Of a DNA stretch of 64,000 bases, positions 19,933 through 30,186 are shown one piece after another. This DNA is from Treponemataceae bacterium. GTDB lineage: Bacteria > Spirochaetota > Spirochaetia > Treponematales > Rectinemataceae. The DNA lies in NCBI GenBank assembly GCA_963667725.2, contig CAXXHO010000003.1, forward strand, positions 1,376,001-1,440,000, read 5' to 3'. Position 1 is the stretch's first letter. Each line of letters opens with the position of its first letter. The translations under genes were made by a program, and so were the position numbers. Under the pieces are notes generated by a model, which was not told the origin of the DNA, did no database searches, and saw only the letters and a program-made list of their open reading frames with translations.

Positions 19933-20669
19933 TGAACATAGTCTATCTTGAAGAGAAAGAGATTGGCGTTCTGCTTCCCCGGAGCGACCGACGCTGCGGG
20001 CACATGACGCGGATTCTCAGGAAGACGCAGGGCGATATCCTGGCCGCGGGCTGTTCCGACGGCACGCTGGGCCAGGCCAGGATCGAATTTCTCTCGCAGG
20101 ATGGCCTCATCCTCTCCTATTCGGCGCAGTCGCAGGCGCCGGCGCTCCGGCCGGTGCGGCTTCTCATGGGCTTTCCGCGGCCCATCCAGGCCGGCCGCAT
20201 TCTCAAGGACCTCACGAGCCTCGGCATAGCTGAAATCTGGTTCGCCCTCTCCGATCTGGGAGAGAAATCTTACGCCGAATCCACTTTTTTCAAGGACAGG
20301 GAATACGGAACCCACCTCATTGAAGGGGCCGAGCAGGCAGGCAATCCCCGCCTGCCCGCTATCGGCAGTTTCTGGAGCATCGACCGAGCCTGCGCCGCGC
20401 TCGAACAGACCGACGCGGCCGGCGCCCCGTCTTCATCGCGGCTCATGTTCCATCCCGATCCCGCGCTTCCAAGGATAGCGGAACTTTCATCACTGACGAC
20501 CCCGACGACGCTCGCCATAGGAAGCGAGCGGGGCTGGACAGTGAGGGAGGTGAATTTGCTCGCCTCTCATGGATTTACGGCGTGCTATCTTGGCGATCGC
20601 ATACTTAAAACGGAAACGGCGGCCATGGCCGCTGTCTCGATCATCCTTTCGCGTCTGGGCTATATGTAA
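19932..20669 (+). CDS. rsmE: 16S rRNA m3U1498 methyltransferase RsmE family
   Basis: LAIGSERGW and LGDRILKTETA SPOUT motifs. Confidence 0.85.
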   Translation: MNIVYLEEKEIGVLLPRSDRRCGHMTRILRKTQGDILAAGCSDGTLGQARIEFLSQDGLILSYSAQSQAPALRPVRLLMGFPRPIQAGRILKDLTSLGIAEIWFALSDLGEKSYAESTFFKDREYGTHLIEGAEQAGNPRLPAIGSFWSIDRACAALEQTDAAGAPSSSRLMFHPDPALPRIAELSSLTTPTTLAIGSERGWTVREVNLLASHGFTACYLGDRILKTETAAMAAVSIILSRLGYM

Positions 20670-20673
20670 TTCC

Positions 20674-22476
20674 CTACAGCTTCAACAGTCCTTTGAGTGT
20701 CCTCACATCGTTGGCGAATCTGGCGCAGGCAAGCTGAACCGGTTCCGGAGAAGACATATCCACGCCGGCCACCTTCAAGGCCTCGATGGGGAATCTCGAG
20801 CCTCCCGATTTGAGGAAGGCGAAATAATCGTTTTTCTCGGCCTCTCCTCCGTTCAAAACGCGCTCCGAGAGCGCGATGCTGGCGGAAATGCCGGTGGAGT
20901 ATTTGTACACATAGAAAGCGTTGTAGAAATGGGGAATGCGCAGCCCTTCCAAGTCGGAGACCGACTCGAACTTCATCCGCGGCCCGAAATACTTCTCCAG
21001 AAGCTTCCTGTACTCGGCCCTGAGCGAATCGACGGTCAAAGCCTGCCCCGCTTCGGCCATGGCATGGGTCACCTGCTCGTATTCCGCGAACATGGTCTGT
21101 CTGAACAAGGTTCCCAGCGTATCGTCGATTCTGTTGGCCAGAAGGGAAATCCTGGCATCGTCGGAAGCCGCGTGCTTGTAGAGATATTTGAACACTAGCT
21201 GCTCGTTGAAAGTGCTGGCCACCTCGGCCTCGAATATCGTATACGAATAGCACATGAAGGGATTATTGCGCATCGAATACCAGGAATGCATCGAATGCCC
21301 GCCCTCATGCGCCATGGTGAAGATATCGTTGAGGACATTTTCCTTGTAGTTAAGAAGGATGTAGGGTTCGCCGGAGAAACTGCCCGCGGAGAAGGCGCCC
21401 GAACGTTTACCCTTGTTCTCGTAGCGATCCACCCAGCCACCCAGGAGCCCGGCCTTCAGCGTGGCGACATATTCCTCGCCAAGCGGCGCGAGCGACGCCG
21501 CCACTATTTCCACCGCCTCGTCATAGCTGTGTATGCTGGTTTTCTGTTTGACGATGGGAACATAGACATCGTAATGCCTCAGTTCTTCCAGGCCGAGGGC
21601 GCGCCTCCTGAGGTCGTAATACTCATGGAGAACGGGCAGATTGGCGTTGATGGTGCCCACCAGGTTGTCATAAACGGATTCGGGGACCTTGTCGGGAAAG
21701 AGGGCTTGCTCCCTGGCGCTCCCGAAGTTCCTGACCTGAGCCTGGTACTTGTCGAGCTTGACGGAACCGGCGTAAAGACTGGCCAGGGTTGTCTTGTGCC
21801 GTTCATAGGCTCCATAGAACTTCATATAGGCTTTTCTGCGGATTTCCCTGTCCTGGTTGCGCATGAACGCTGAAAACGTCGATTGGCTCAAGGGAAGAAG
21901 CCCCTCATCCGTCCTTATCCTGCCGAATGAGAGATCGACATTGGTGAGAATCCCGAAGGTTTCCTGGGCTATATGGTTGGTCTCAGCCTGCATGGCGAGC
22001 AGCCGCTCCTCTTTTTCCGAAAGTATATGCGGCTTGAAACGAATCAGCTTTTTTAGGAATACGCCATAGTCGGCGAACCGGTGATCGGCGAAGCAGGAAT
22101 CCAGGAAGGCTTCGGGAAGCGCCTGGATGGAAGGAGTGAGCCATGCCCAAGCGGCCTGTCCCGCGGTGGCGACGCCGATATAGCGAGCGTAGCGGCCGCG
22201 CGCGTCGCTGTCGCCTTCATCCTCCGTAACCCTGAGATCCGCATAGTATGCCAGCCTTTCATCGAGGCGGAGATACTCATCGTACCTCGAGAGGAGGGCG
22301 AGAAAATCATCGCTCGAGGCGGAAAGCTTCTTTTTTAGGCTCTCGATGCCTACCTGCATGCCAGCCAGTATTTCAAGCCCTTTCTCCCATGCATCGTCCG
22401 AGGAAAAGAGTCTGGAAAGATTCCATCTATCCGCAAGAGGCACTTCGCCGCGTTTGGGGATGTCGTGAGTGGCCAA
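20674..22476 (-). CDS. pepF: Oligoendopeptidase F (M3B)
   Basis: GKRSGAFS, AHEGGHSMH, AEVASTFNE and RIPHFYNAFYVYKY. Confidence 0.95.
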   Translation of the reverse strand: MATHDIPKRGEVPLADRWNLSRLFSSDDAWEKGLEILAGMQVGIESLKKKLSASSDDFLALLSRYDEYLRLDERLAYYADLRVTEDEGDSDARGRYARYIGVATAGQAAWAWLTPSIQALPEAFLDSCFADHRFADYGVFLKKLIRFKPHILSEKEERLLAMQAETNHIAQETFGILTNVDLSFGRIRTDEGLLPLSQSTFSAFMRNQDREIRRKAYMKFYGAYERHKTTLASLYAGSVKLDKYQAQVRNFGSAREQALFPDKVPESVYDNLVGTINANLPVLHEYYDLRRRALGLEELRHYDVYVPIVKQKTSIHSYDEAVEIVAASLAPLGEEYVATLKAGLLGGWVDRYENKGKRSGAFSAGSFSGEPYILLNYKENVLNDIFTMAHEGGHSMHSWYSMRNNPFMCYSYTIFEAEVASTFNEQLVFKYLYKHAASDDARISLLANRIDDTLGTLFRQTMFAEYEQVTHAMAEAGQALTVDSLRAEYRKLLEKYFGPRMKFESVSDLEGLRIPHFYNAFYVYKYSTGISASIALSERVLNGGEAEKNDYFAFLKSGGSRFPIEALKVAGVDMSSPEPVQLACARFANDVRTLKGLLKL

Positions 22477-22492
22477 TTATTTCTCCTTGTCG

Positions 22493-23533
22493 TCATCGTG
22501 ATGGTTTCGTCGAACCACGAATTTCCAAGCTATACGGAAAATTGAAATGTTCCGGGCTGCCGCCGTTCAGGATGTCGAGGGCCAGGGAGGCGGCTTTCTG
22601 CCCTTTTTCCCTAGCGGGTTGATGTATCGTCGTGAGCGCGGGACGCGCGAAGCCGCTAAGGGAAATATCGTCGAAACCGGCGATGGAAAGCTGATCGGGA
22701 ATGCTGATGCCGCATTCTGCCGCCGCGGCATAGAGGCCAATGGCGACGATATCGGCCATCGCCACGATGGCGTCGGGCCGATCGGCCGATCCGAGGAGAG
22801 TCCTGCCTGCGGCGCGTCCGCCCGCGATGGAGCCTTCGGCTTCGATGACGCGGATTCGATTCGATTCGAGAGAAAGACCTGATTCCTCGAGGGCTCTGGA
22901 AAAACCCGCAAGCCGCTTTTCCAGGACGACCGACCTCGATCGTTCCGTATGGTTTTTCGCGTCGGGCTTCAGGCAAAGCACGGCGATGCGCTTGGGTTCG
23001 AGAGAGAGGATATGCCGCATGAGTTCGTAGGCTGCCTGCTCGTCCTGAATGCCGACATTTACGGTAGTGCCGCTTTCCTCGCCGTCGATCGTCACGAAGG
23101 GCACGCGGTGCTTATTGAGGAATTCGATCACTTCATGTTCGGGCCCGAGCCCAATGGTCACGATCGCGTCCACGAATGCCCTGCGTGCCGCTTCGATGAT
23201 CTTGCCCTGGACAGGAGGAAGCATGGTGAGCGAAATCTCGCGTTTGTCGCATTCCTCGCCGATGCCGCTGATCACGTCGCAGAGATGCGGATTATTCATC
23301 ACTTCGGAGATCGGCTGAGGCAGGAGAAGGCCGAGAGCGCCGAGCCTTTTGGTGGTGAGTGTCCTGGCGACTGGGCTGGGGAAGTAGCCAAGCTCGGTGA
23401 CGATGGCCATGATCTTCCCGTAGGTTTCCTTGGATATGCGCTTCGGGTTGTTGAGCGCGAAAGAGACCGTGGTTTTGGATACGCCGGCACGTTCCGCGAT
23501 ATCTTTGATGGTAATTTTCATATGGATCGCCAT
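22493..23533 (-). CDS. LacI-family transcriptional regulator
   Basis: TIKDIAERAGVSKTTVSFALN; IPDQLSIAGFDD. Confidence 0.93.
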   Translation of the reverse strand: MAIHMKITIKDIAERAGVSKTTVSFALNNPKRISKETYGKIMAIVTELGYFPSPVARTLTTKRLGALGLLLPQPISEVMNNPHLCDVISGIGEECDKREISLTMLPPVQGKIIEAARRAFVDAIVTIGLGPEHEVIEFLNKHRVPFVTIDGEESGTTVNVGIQDEQAAYELMRHILSLEPKRIAVLCLKPDAKNHTERSRSVVLEKRLAGFSRALEESGLSLESNRIRVIEAEGSIAGGRAAGRTLLGSADRPDAIVAMADIVAIGLYAAAAECGISIPDQLSIAGFDDISLSGFARPALTTIHQPAREKGQKAASLALDILNGGSPEHFNFPYSLEIRGSTKPSR

Positions 23534-23668
23534 CCATTATTGTATCCTTCTTCGAAGCCCCAGTCAAACCAGTGTAAATTTCCGGCCCCGGCGGCTGGGG
23601 CTATGGAAACCAGGATAAATGAACGATAGTATTGACAGGTACCGTGGATTATCGAGAAAGAGGCCGCA

Positions 23669-25324
23669 ATGACACAGATTACCGTGACCTATGAATCGGG
23701 CGAGATGAAATCCTTTCCGACAGGCATCAAGGCTCTCGAAACCTTGCCAAACCAAGGCGAGTCGGATCAGCCTCTGGTGGCCGTGCTCATCGACAACGAA
23801 CTCAAGTCGCTCGATACCGAGCTGGAGAGCGATTGCCGGATAAGCGCGGTGCTCGCGGGTTCAACCATCGGAGCCACGGTCTATCGGCGCTCCCTCTGTT
23901 TTCTCCTCGCCATCGCCTCGCGGGAAATCTTTTCCGAAAGAAGACTAATCGCCGGCATGGCCATCGGGACGGGATTCTACCACTACTATTACGACGAAAT
24001 CCCACTGACCGAAGAGCAGGTCGGAAAACTCGCCGGTCGCATCGGAGACCTCGTGGCCAGGGATATACCCATCTGCCTCGAAAAATGGTCCTGGGAAAAA
24101 ACCTGCGACTATTTCGTGAAGAGCGGCCAACTCGACACCCTCGCCCTTCTGGAAAACCTGAATGAACCTCAGATTCCTCTCAACGAGTGCGCCGGATTCC
24201 GCGACCTTCAGATTGCCCCGCTCGTCAGCTCCACCGGGGTTCTAGGCACCTGGGAACTCATCCCCTATCACGGGGGCATGCTTCTCCGTTACCCCCACAA
24301 GGACAAGGCAGGCGTCATCGAACCTTTCGAGGATGTCCCCCTCCTCTACAAGATTTCGGAGGAATACAAGGAACGAGGGCGCGTTCTCGGCGTTGGCTCG
24401 GTCGGCGTCCTCAACCGCTTAAGCGCTTCAGGCAGAATCGGCGAATACATCACCGTGGCCGAGGCGCTTCAAAACAGGAAGATCGCCGCTCTCGCCGAGG
24501 CGGTCGCGGCCAAAGCCGATAAGGTGAAAGTAGTGCTGATCGCCGGACCTTCCAGTTCCGGCAAGACGACGACATCCAAGAAACTTGCCATACAGCTCAA
24601 GGTGCTGGGATTCGAGCCCATCCCCATTGAATTGGATAACTTCTTCATCGACAGGAGCCGTACGCCGCTTGACGACGAGGGAAAACCCGATTTCGAATGC
24701 CTCGAAGCGCTCGATGTCATCTATCTCAATGAACTCCTGCTCCAGCTCTTCTCAGGCGACAAGGTCGAGTTGCCGGTCTACGACTTCAAGGCGGGAACGA
24801 GACGAGGCACAGGTCAGACACTGAAGCTTTCCGGCCACGAAATCCTCATTCTTGAAGGCATCCATGGCCTCAACGACGCCCTCACGCCGAAAATTTCGCA
24901 GGAGAACAAGTTCAAGATCTACGTATCGGCCCTCACCCAGCTCAACCTCGACGACCATAACAGGATAAGCACGACGGATTACCGGCTCCTGCGTCGCATG
25001 GTGAGAGATCACAATTTTAGGGGTCATAGCGCGAGGGCGACGCTCGCCATGTGGCCCTCGGTGCAGCGAGGCGAACGCGCCCACATTTTCCCTTTCCAGA
25101 ATTCGGCGGACGCTGCGCTGAATTCGGCCCTGGATTACGAGTTGGGCGTGCTGAAGATATTCGCCGATCCCCTCCTCCGCACGATCAAGCCCAGCATGCC
25201 TGAATACACCGAAGCCAGGCGGATACAGGCATTCCTCGACAATTTCACGCCCATTCCCGCCCAGTACGTGCCTAAGGATTCCACGCTGCGCGAGTTCATC
25301 GGAGAGTCGGCTTTCCATTATTGA
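23669..25324 (+). CDS. Nucleoside (uridine) kinase with N-terminal TGS/ThrRS-like domains
   Basis: IAGPSSSGKTT, LEGIHGLN and RLLRRMVRD; the N-terminal ~200 aa resemble the ThrRS N1/N2 region. Confidence 0.85.
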   Translation: MTQITVTYESGEMKSFPTGIKALETLPNQGESDQPLVAVLIDNELKSLDTELESDCRISAVLAGSTIGATVYRRSLCFLLAIASREIFSERRLIAGMAIGTGFYHYYYDEIPLTEEQVGKLAGRIGDLVARDIPICLEKWSWEKTCDYFVKSGQLDTLALLENLNEPQIPLNECAGFRDLQIAPLVSSTGVLGTWELIPYHGGMLLRYPHKDKAGVIEPFEDVPLLYKISEEYKERGRVLGVGSVGVLNRLSASGRIGEYITVAEALQNRKIAALAEAVAAKADKVKVVLIAGPSSSGKTTTSKKLAIQLKVLGFEPIPIELDNFFIDRSRTPLDDEGKPDFECLEALDVIYLNELLLQLFSGDKVELPVYDFKAGTRRGTGQTLKLSGHEILILEGIHGLNDALTPKISQENKFKIYVSALTQLNLDDHNRISTTDYRLLRRMVRDHNFRGHSARATLAMWPSVQRGERAHIFPFQNSADAALNSALDYELGVLKIFADPLLRTIKPSMPEYTEARRIQAFLDNFTPIPAQYVPKDSTLREFIGESAFHY

Positions 25325-25351
25325 GCGCTACATAGGGATTCGTCGCTGACA

Positions 25352-25392
25352 GGAAGGGCCGCCCCCGATTTCCAATCGGGGGCGGCCCTTCC
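25352..25392. terminator. Perfect GC-rich hairpin between convergent genes
   Basis: GGAAGGGCCGCCCCCGATT-TCC-AATCGGGGGCGGCCCTTCC. Confidence 0.75.
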
Positions 25393-25419
25393 CATGCCCA
25401 AAAAAACGCCCAACCTTCT

Positions 25420-26346
25420 TTAGGCGTACATTTTTCCGTATTCCGCCGCTTCCTTTTCGTTTGCCAGGACAAAGTGCCCCGGGAAAACCTCGCGCCAGCT
25501 GGGTTTGTCGACGCTGTAGTCGTGCATGGACTGGTCATACACGAGGAGGGTCTTGTTCTTCTCGACATCGGGATCGGGCATCGGTACGGCCGAGAGGAGC
25601 GACCTCGTATAGGGATGCAGGGGCCTCGCGAAGAGTTCTTCGGTTTCGGCGAGCTCCTTGAGCTCCCCCTGGTGTATGACGGCGATCCTGTCCGCGAAAT
25701 AGCGGACGACGGTGAGGTCGTGGGCGATGAAGAGGTAGGAAAGCCCGTGTTCCTGCTTGAGGTCGCGCAGAAGATTGAGCACCTGGGCCCTGATCGAGAC
25801 GTCCAGGGCCGATATGGGCTCGTCGGCGATGATGAACTTGGGTTCCATGGCGAGCACCCGCGCTATGCAGATGCGCTGCCGCTGGCCGCCTGAGAATTCG
25901 TGCGGATAGCGCTCGGCGTGCTCCTCGAGAAGTCCGACGTCGTTCAGCGCCTTGAAGACCTTGTCGCGGCGCTCGTTCTCGTCCTTGAAGAGATTGAAGT
26001 TGTACAGCCCCTCCGAGACGATATAGTCGATGGTTGCCCGCTCGTTGAGTGAAGCCATCGGGTCCTGGAATATCATCTGGATATTGCGGATGACATAGGT
26101 GTCCAGTTCTTTAGCGATAACGCCTGATATCTTCTTGTCCTGGAAGTAAATGTCTCCCTTCGTGGCGGGGTTGATCCTGATGATCGTGCGGCCTATCGTC
26201 GTCTTGCCTGAGCCCGACTCGCCCACGAGGGCAAAGGATTCGCCCTCGTATATATCGAAACTGACGTTCTTCACCGCGGTGAAGCTTTCATGGCCGTTCT
26301 TGAAGGTGACTTCCAGGTCCTTGACGGACAGGATTTTCTTGTTCAT
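25420..26346 (-). CDS. oppF: Oligopeptide ABC ATP-binding protein (OppF/AmiF-like)
   Basis: GESGSGKT and [12 protein letters not shown]; start MNKKIL at 26346 after GGAGG. Confidence 0.92.
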   Translation of the reverse strand: MNKKILSVKDLEVTFKNGHESFTAVKNVSFDIYEGESFALVGESGSGKTTIGRTIIRINPATKGDIYFQDKKISGVIAKELDTYVIRNIQMIFQDPMASLNERATIDYIVSEGLYNFNLFKDENERRDKVFKALNDVGLLEEHAERYPHEFSGGQRQRICIARVLAMEPKFIIADEPISALDVSIRAQVLNLLRDLKQEHGLSYLFIAHDLTVVRYFADRIAVIHQGELKELAETEELFARPLHPYTRSLLSAVPMPDPDVEKNKTLLVYDQSMHDYSVDKPSWREVFPGHFVLANEKEAAEYGKMYA

Positions 26347-27413
26347 TTGGAGGCCTCCGCGAGCTTTTCGGCGTAAATCTTCCCCTTTTTCCTCATGAGT
26401 TTCACCGCTTCGGGGGGATCGGCCGCGGGAGCCTTGGAATCGAGGAGCCAAGTCTTGGCGAAGTGCGTGGGGCTGACCTGGAAGAAGGGAGGTTCCTCCT
26501 CGAAGTCGATATTGAGCGCGTAGTGATTTCTCGGCGCGAAGGCGTCGCCTTTGATTTCGTTAAACAGGGTCGGTGGCGTGCCGGGAATCGCAAAGAGCGG
26601 TTCATTTTTCCTGGCCAGGGTCGGAAGGCTGGAGATCAGCGCCCAGGTATAGGGATGGCGCGGATCGTAAAAGATCTCGCGCACCGAACCGTATTCGACG
26701 ATCTGGCCGGCGTACATTACGGCAACCCGGTCCGCCACGTTGGCCACGACGCCGAGGTCATGCGTGATATAGATGGTCGTGAAACCGTACTCTTTCTGGA
26801 GAAACCTGATGAGATCGAGAATCTGGGCCTGGATCGTCACGTCGAGGGCCGTCGTCGGCTCGTCGCATATGAGAATGCGCGGCTTGCAGGCCAGGGCGAT
26901 GGCTATGACGATTCTCTGACGCATGCCGCCAGAGTACTGGAAGGGATAGTCGTAGAAACGTTTCCCCACATCCTTGATGCCCACTTTTTCCATGAGGGTG
27001 AGGGCAATTTTCTTGGCTTCTTCCTTCGGAAGTTTCTGGTGCTTTTCGATGACCTCGGTTATCTGTACCCCAATCTTTTTAAGCGGATTGAGGCTGGTCA
27101 TGGGATCCTGGAAAACCGTGGCTATCTTGGCTCCCCTGATCGCCTCCCAGTCCTTGTCCGTTTTTATGTCGAGAAGATTTCGTCCCTCGAACTCGATGCG
27201 GCCGGCAGGAATCCTGCCGTTCGTCTCCAGCATGCCGGTAAAGGTCTTGGTCAGGACTGTCTTTCCCGATCCCGACTCGCCCACGATGGCGAGGGTCTCG
27301 CCGTCGTAGAGATCGAGCGACACGGAGCGTATCGCGGTAAGTTCCTTGTTGCGAACCCTGAATTTGACGACCAGATTCTTCACCTGAAGGATGGGGGTTT
27401 TTTCTTCGCTCAT
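26343..27413 (-). CDS. oppD: Oligopeptide ABC ATP-binding protein (OppD/AmiE-like)
   Basis: [20 protein letters not shown] and GDAFAPRN; start MSEEK at 27413 after GGAGG. Confidence 0.92.
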   Translation of the reverse strand: MSEEKTPILQVKNLVVKFRVRNKELTAIRSVSLDLYDGETLAIVGESGSGKTVLTKTFTGMLETNGRIPAGRIEFEGRNLLDIKTDKDWEAIRGAKIATVFQDPMTSLNPLKKIGVQITEVIEKHQKLPKEEAKKIALTLMEKVGIKDVGKRFYDYPFQYSGGMRQRIVIAIALACKPRILICDEPTTALDVTIQAQILDLIRFLQKEYGFTTIYITHDLGVVANVADRVAVMYAGQIVEYGSVREIFYDPRHPYTWALISSLPTLARKNEPLFAIPGTPPTLFNEIKGDAFAPRNHYALNIDFEEEPPFFQVSPTHFAKTWLLDSKAPAADPPEAVKLMRKKGKIYAEKLAEASK

Positions 27414-27423
27414 CTTCCACCTC

Positions 27424-28347
27424 CTATCGGTGAGTTCTGGGGTCGGATGCGTCGGCAAAAAGCTGACCGACCACGTAGAATGAAATCGTGACGAGTCCCA
27501 TCACGATGCCGGGAAACAGGATCATATGGGGATAGGTGTCGACGAAGGACCAGTAGACGTCGATCATCCTGCCCAGGGAGGGATAGGTCGAGGGAAGACC
27601 GATGCCGAGGTAGGAGAGCACCGTTTCCGTGTTGATGAGTCCTGGAATCTCCTGATAGACGAGGGTGGCGATCACCGAAACCATATAAGGCAGAATGTTG
27701 CGGGTAACCATTCTCTTTAATGGGGTTCCGAGACAGCGGGACGCGAGGTTGTATTCCCTGTCGCGGATGATCATGACCTGGGTTCGGATGAAGAAGGCTA
27801 TGCCCAGCCAGCCCGTGATGGTCATGGCCAGCACCATCTGCCAGAAGCCCCTGCCGAATATGTACATGAGCATCATCGAGCGGAGGATGGCAGGGACGTT
27901 GGAGATTATGTTGTACAAGGCCAGCAGTATGGGATCCAGACGTTTGGAGTAGCCCCAGACAGCCCCGACGAGGATGCCCAGGCCGATGTTGATGGATGCG
28001 GCGATGAAGGCGATGGAGAGGGACATTCTCGTGCCCGACCAGACGACGTCCCAAAGGTCGTTGCCGGTATCGTCTGTCCCGAACCAATGTTCCGAGGAGG
28101 GTTTCTGGTACCAGGTGGAGGGGTTGTTGATGTTGGGCGTCACCGCGGGATCGTAGCCGGATACGAGGGGCTGGACGAAGGACATCAACGTCAGGCTCAA
28201 GAGGAGGGCAAGCCAGAAAATGGCCGTCCTACGCTTGAAGAAAGTCTGGAAAACCGATTTCCAGTAGGAATAGCGTGGACCGGCTATGCGTTCGGACTGG
28301 AGAACATCGAAGGTCGCGAAGGCGAATCTTTCAGCTGTGTTGGCCAT
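27424..28347 (-). CDS. oppC: Oligopeptide ABC permease (OppC/AmiD-like)
   Basis: HWFGTDDTG and RDREYNLASRCLGT. Confidence 0.92.
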   Translation of the reverse strand: MANTAERFAFATFDVLQSERIAGPRYSYWKSVFQTFFKRRTAIFWLALLLSLTLMSFVQPLVSGYDPAVTPNINNPSTWYQKPSSEHWFGTDDTGNDLWDVVWSGTRMSLSIAFIAASINIGLGILVGAVWGYSKRLDPILLALYNIISNVPAILRSMMLMYIFGRGFWQMVLAMTITGWLGIAFFIRTQVMIIRDREYNLASRCLGTPLKRMVTRNILPYMVSVIATLVYQEIPGLINTETVLSYLGIGLPSTYPSLGRMIDVYWSFVDTYPHMILFPGIVMGLVTISFYVVGQLFADASDPRTHR

Positions 28348-28350
28348 GGT

Positions 28351-29856
28351 TTACCTCGCTTCCTTTTTGACTGCCAGGCTGATGCGTGGATCCACCAAGG
28401 TGACCAGTATGTCGCCCATAAAGATGGCGAAGATCGATATCACGGTGAAGATGAAGGTCAACGCGATGATCATGGCGTTGTTGTAATCGGAAATGGAACT
28501 GGGGAACATTTTCCCCATGCCCGGAACGGCATAGAAGCTTTCGGTGATGAGGGCGCCGGCCAGCGTGCCGATGACCGCCATCGGTATGGAATGGACGACG
28601 GGAATCAGGGCGTTCCTTATGATGTGCTTGAAGAACACTTCGCTTTGGGAGAGCCCTTTCGACCTGGAGAATTTGACGTAATCCGAATTCATCTGATCCA
28701 CCATGTAGCGTCTGATCCAGAGCGCCTCGCCGGCGATGCCGCCAAGCGAGAGCGATATGGTCGGAAGAATGTACGACAGGAAGTTATGCGATCCAAGGAA
28801 GGGAAACTTGTCGGGAAACCCGAGCACCTTCATCCCGAAACGCGCGAAAAGCGCTATGTACAGCAGGGTTGGAATGGAGCTGATGAATACGATATAGGCC
28901 ATGGTGACCTTGTCGAAGATCTTGTCCTTGCGCATGGCGGAGATCACGCCGATCGTCAGGCCGATGCCGAGGGAGATGATGAGGGCGTACATGCCTATCT
29001 TGAAGCTGATCCCCAGCATCGAGGGATCTTCCGTGATGACGTTGCCGTCGGCGTAGTTGTCCTCGAACTTGTTCATGTCCAGCCTGTCCAGGATGGGTTT
29101 GTACTTAAGGCTGTGCTCGTCGAGCGAGGAATAGAAGGTGATTTCCTCTCCCCGCACCGTCGTCGTGATCTCCCTTCTGGAGGATCGTCCCTGGCCCGAG
29201 CCTATCACCTCGAGAACGGGCATGCCGTCGAAGGTCGGATAAGATTTGCCCATGTTGAGCTTGATCATGTTCTGGTGGATGAAGGGGAAGGAACCGTCTA
29301 CCCATATCTGATATTTGTAGCGGGTGCCCGACGCGGCAAGGGCCAGTCTGCCGCTCCAGTCTTTCGTGAAATAGTAGCCGCGCTTCATGTCGGGGTTGGT
29401 TGGATCCTGGATTCGGTTCGGCGTATCGACCTGTATCAGGTTCTTGTACCAGAGCAATACGCGTGAAAACAGCGGAACATCCTTGCTCGCGTATAAATAT
29501 CCAGTCCCCGGCTGGGTTTCAACCAAATAACCTTTCGAGGAAAAATCGGCGCGGAATTTTTCATAAAAAGAATTTCCGGCGAGGAGGGATTCGCTGACCT
29601 GGGGCGAATCGTTGCCAAAGGACGCCTGTGCGTATTCTTTCTGCGTCACGTAATCGATATACCCAAGATACTCCCACGTACGATACTTATAGTCGTGGTA
29701 TTCGTCCGGCTTATTCGCCAGCTTGGGCAGTATCAAGTCACCCTTGAACACGAGCTGCCGAGGTACGCAGGAATAAACCAGGAAAACGGTCAGGGTAGAT
29801 ACGATGAACACAGAGAGTATCGACTGCAAAATTCTCTTGAGAACATACCCTTTCAT
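28351..29856 (-). CDS. oppB: Oligopeptide ABC permease with large extracytoplasmic loop (OppB/AmiC-like)
   Basis: YVLKRILQS and WIRRYMVDQMNSDYVKFSRSKGLS; ~501 aa; start 29856 or 29880. Confidence 0.9.
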   Translation of the reverse strand: MKGYVLKRILQSILSVFIVSTLTVFLVYSCVPRQLVFKGDLILPKLANKPDEYHDYKYRTWEYLGYIDYVTQKEYAQASFGNDSPQVSESLLAGNSFYEKFRADFSSKGYLVETQPGTGYLYASKDVPLFSRVLLWYKNLIQVDTPNRIQDPTNPDMKRGYYFTKDWSGRLALAASGTRYKYQIWVDGSFPFIHQNMIKLNMGKSYPTFDGMPVLEVIGSGQGRSSRREITTTVRGEEITFYSSLDEHSLKYKPILDRLDMNKFEDNYADGNVITEDPSMLGISFKIGMYALIISLGIGLTIGVISAMRKDKIFDKVTMAYIVFISSIPTLLYIALFARFGMKVLGFPDKFPFLGSHNFLSYILPTISLSLGGIAGEALWIRRYMVDQMNSDYVKFSRSKGLSQSEVFFKHIIRNALIPVVHSIPMAVIGTLAGALITESFYAVPGMGKMFPSSISDYNNAMIIALTFIFTVISIFAIFMGDILVTLVDPRISLAVKKEAR

Positions 29857-30109
29857 GAAACCCCGCAATCTGACCATCACGCGTTAATATAAGGACAGCC
29901 GGCTCCATCTAGTTTTACGCGATGAAGATGCCGTAATTGCGTGCGATGATCGAAAATTGATATTCTCCATCTGTTCCCTATGGAGCGTTCTTATTCGGAA
30001 ATTTCATTATATATGATGTCTGCCCTAAAACGCAATAAAGTCAAAAACCGCGGGCCGAAACGTTTGCATGCATTTTTATGAATACAATTCCGTAAAATAT
30101 CTATTTTAT

Positions 30110-30150
30110 AAAAATGGGGCTGTCCGCAAAGCACTTCGCGGACAGCCCCA
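30110..30150 (-). terminator. Intrinsic terminator after oppA
   Basis: TGGGGCTGTCCGC...GCGGACAGCCCCA followed by a T-run on the minus strand. Confidence 0.75.
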
Positions 30151-30186
30151 AAGGATCGGACGCGCCTTGCGCGCGCCTGTCGTGAT

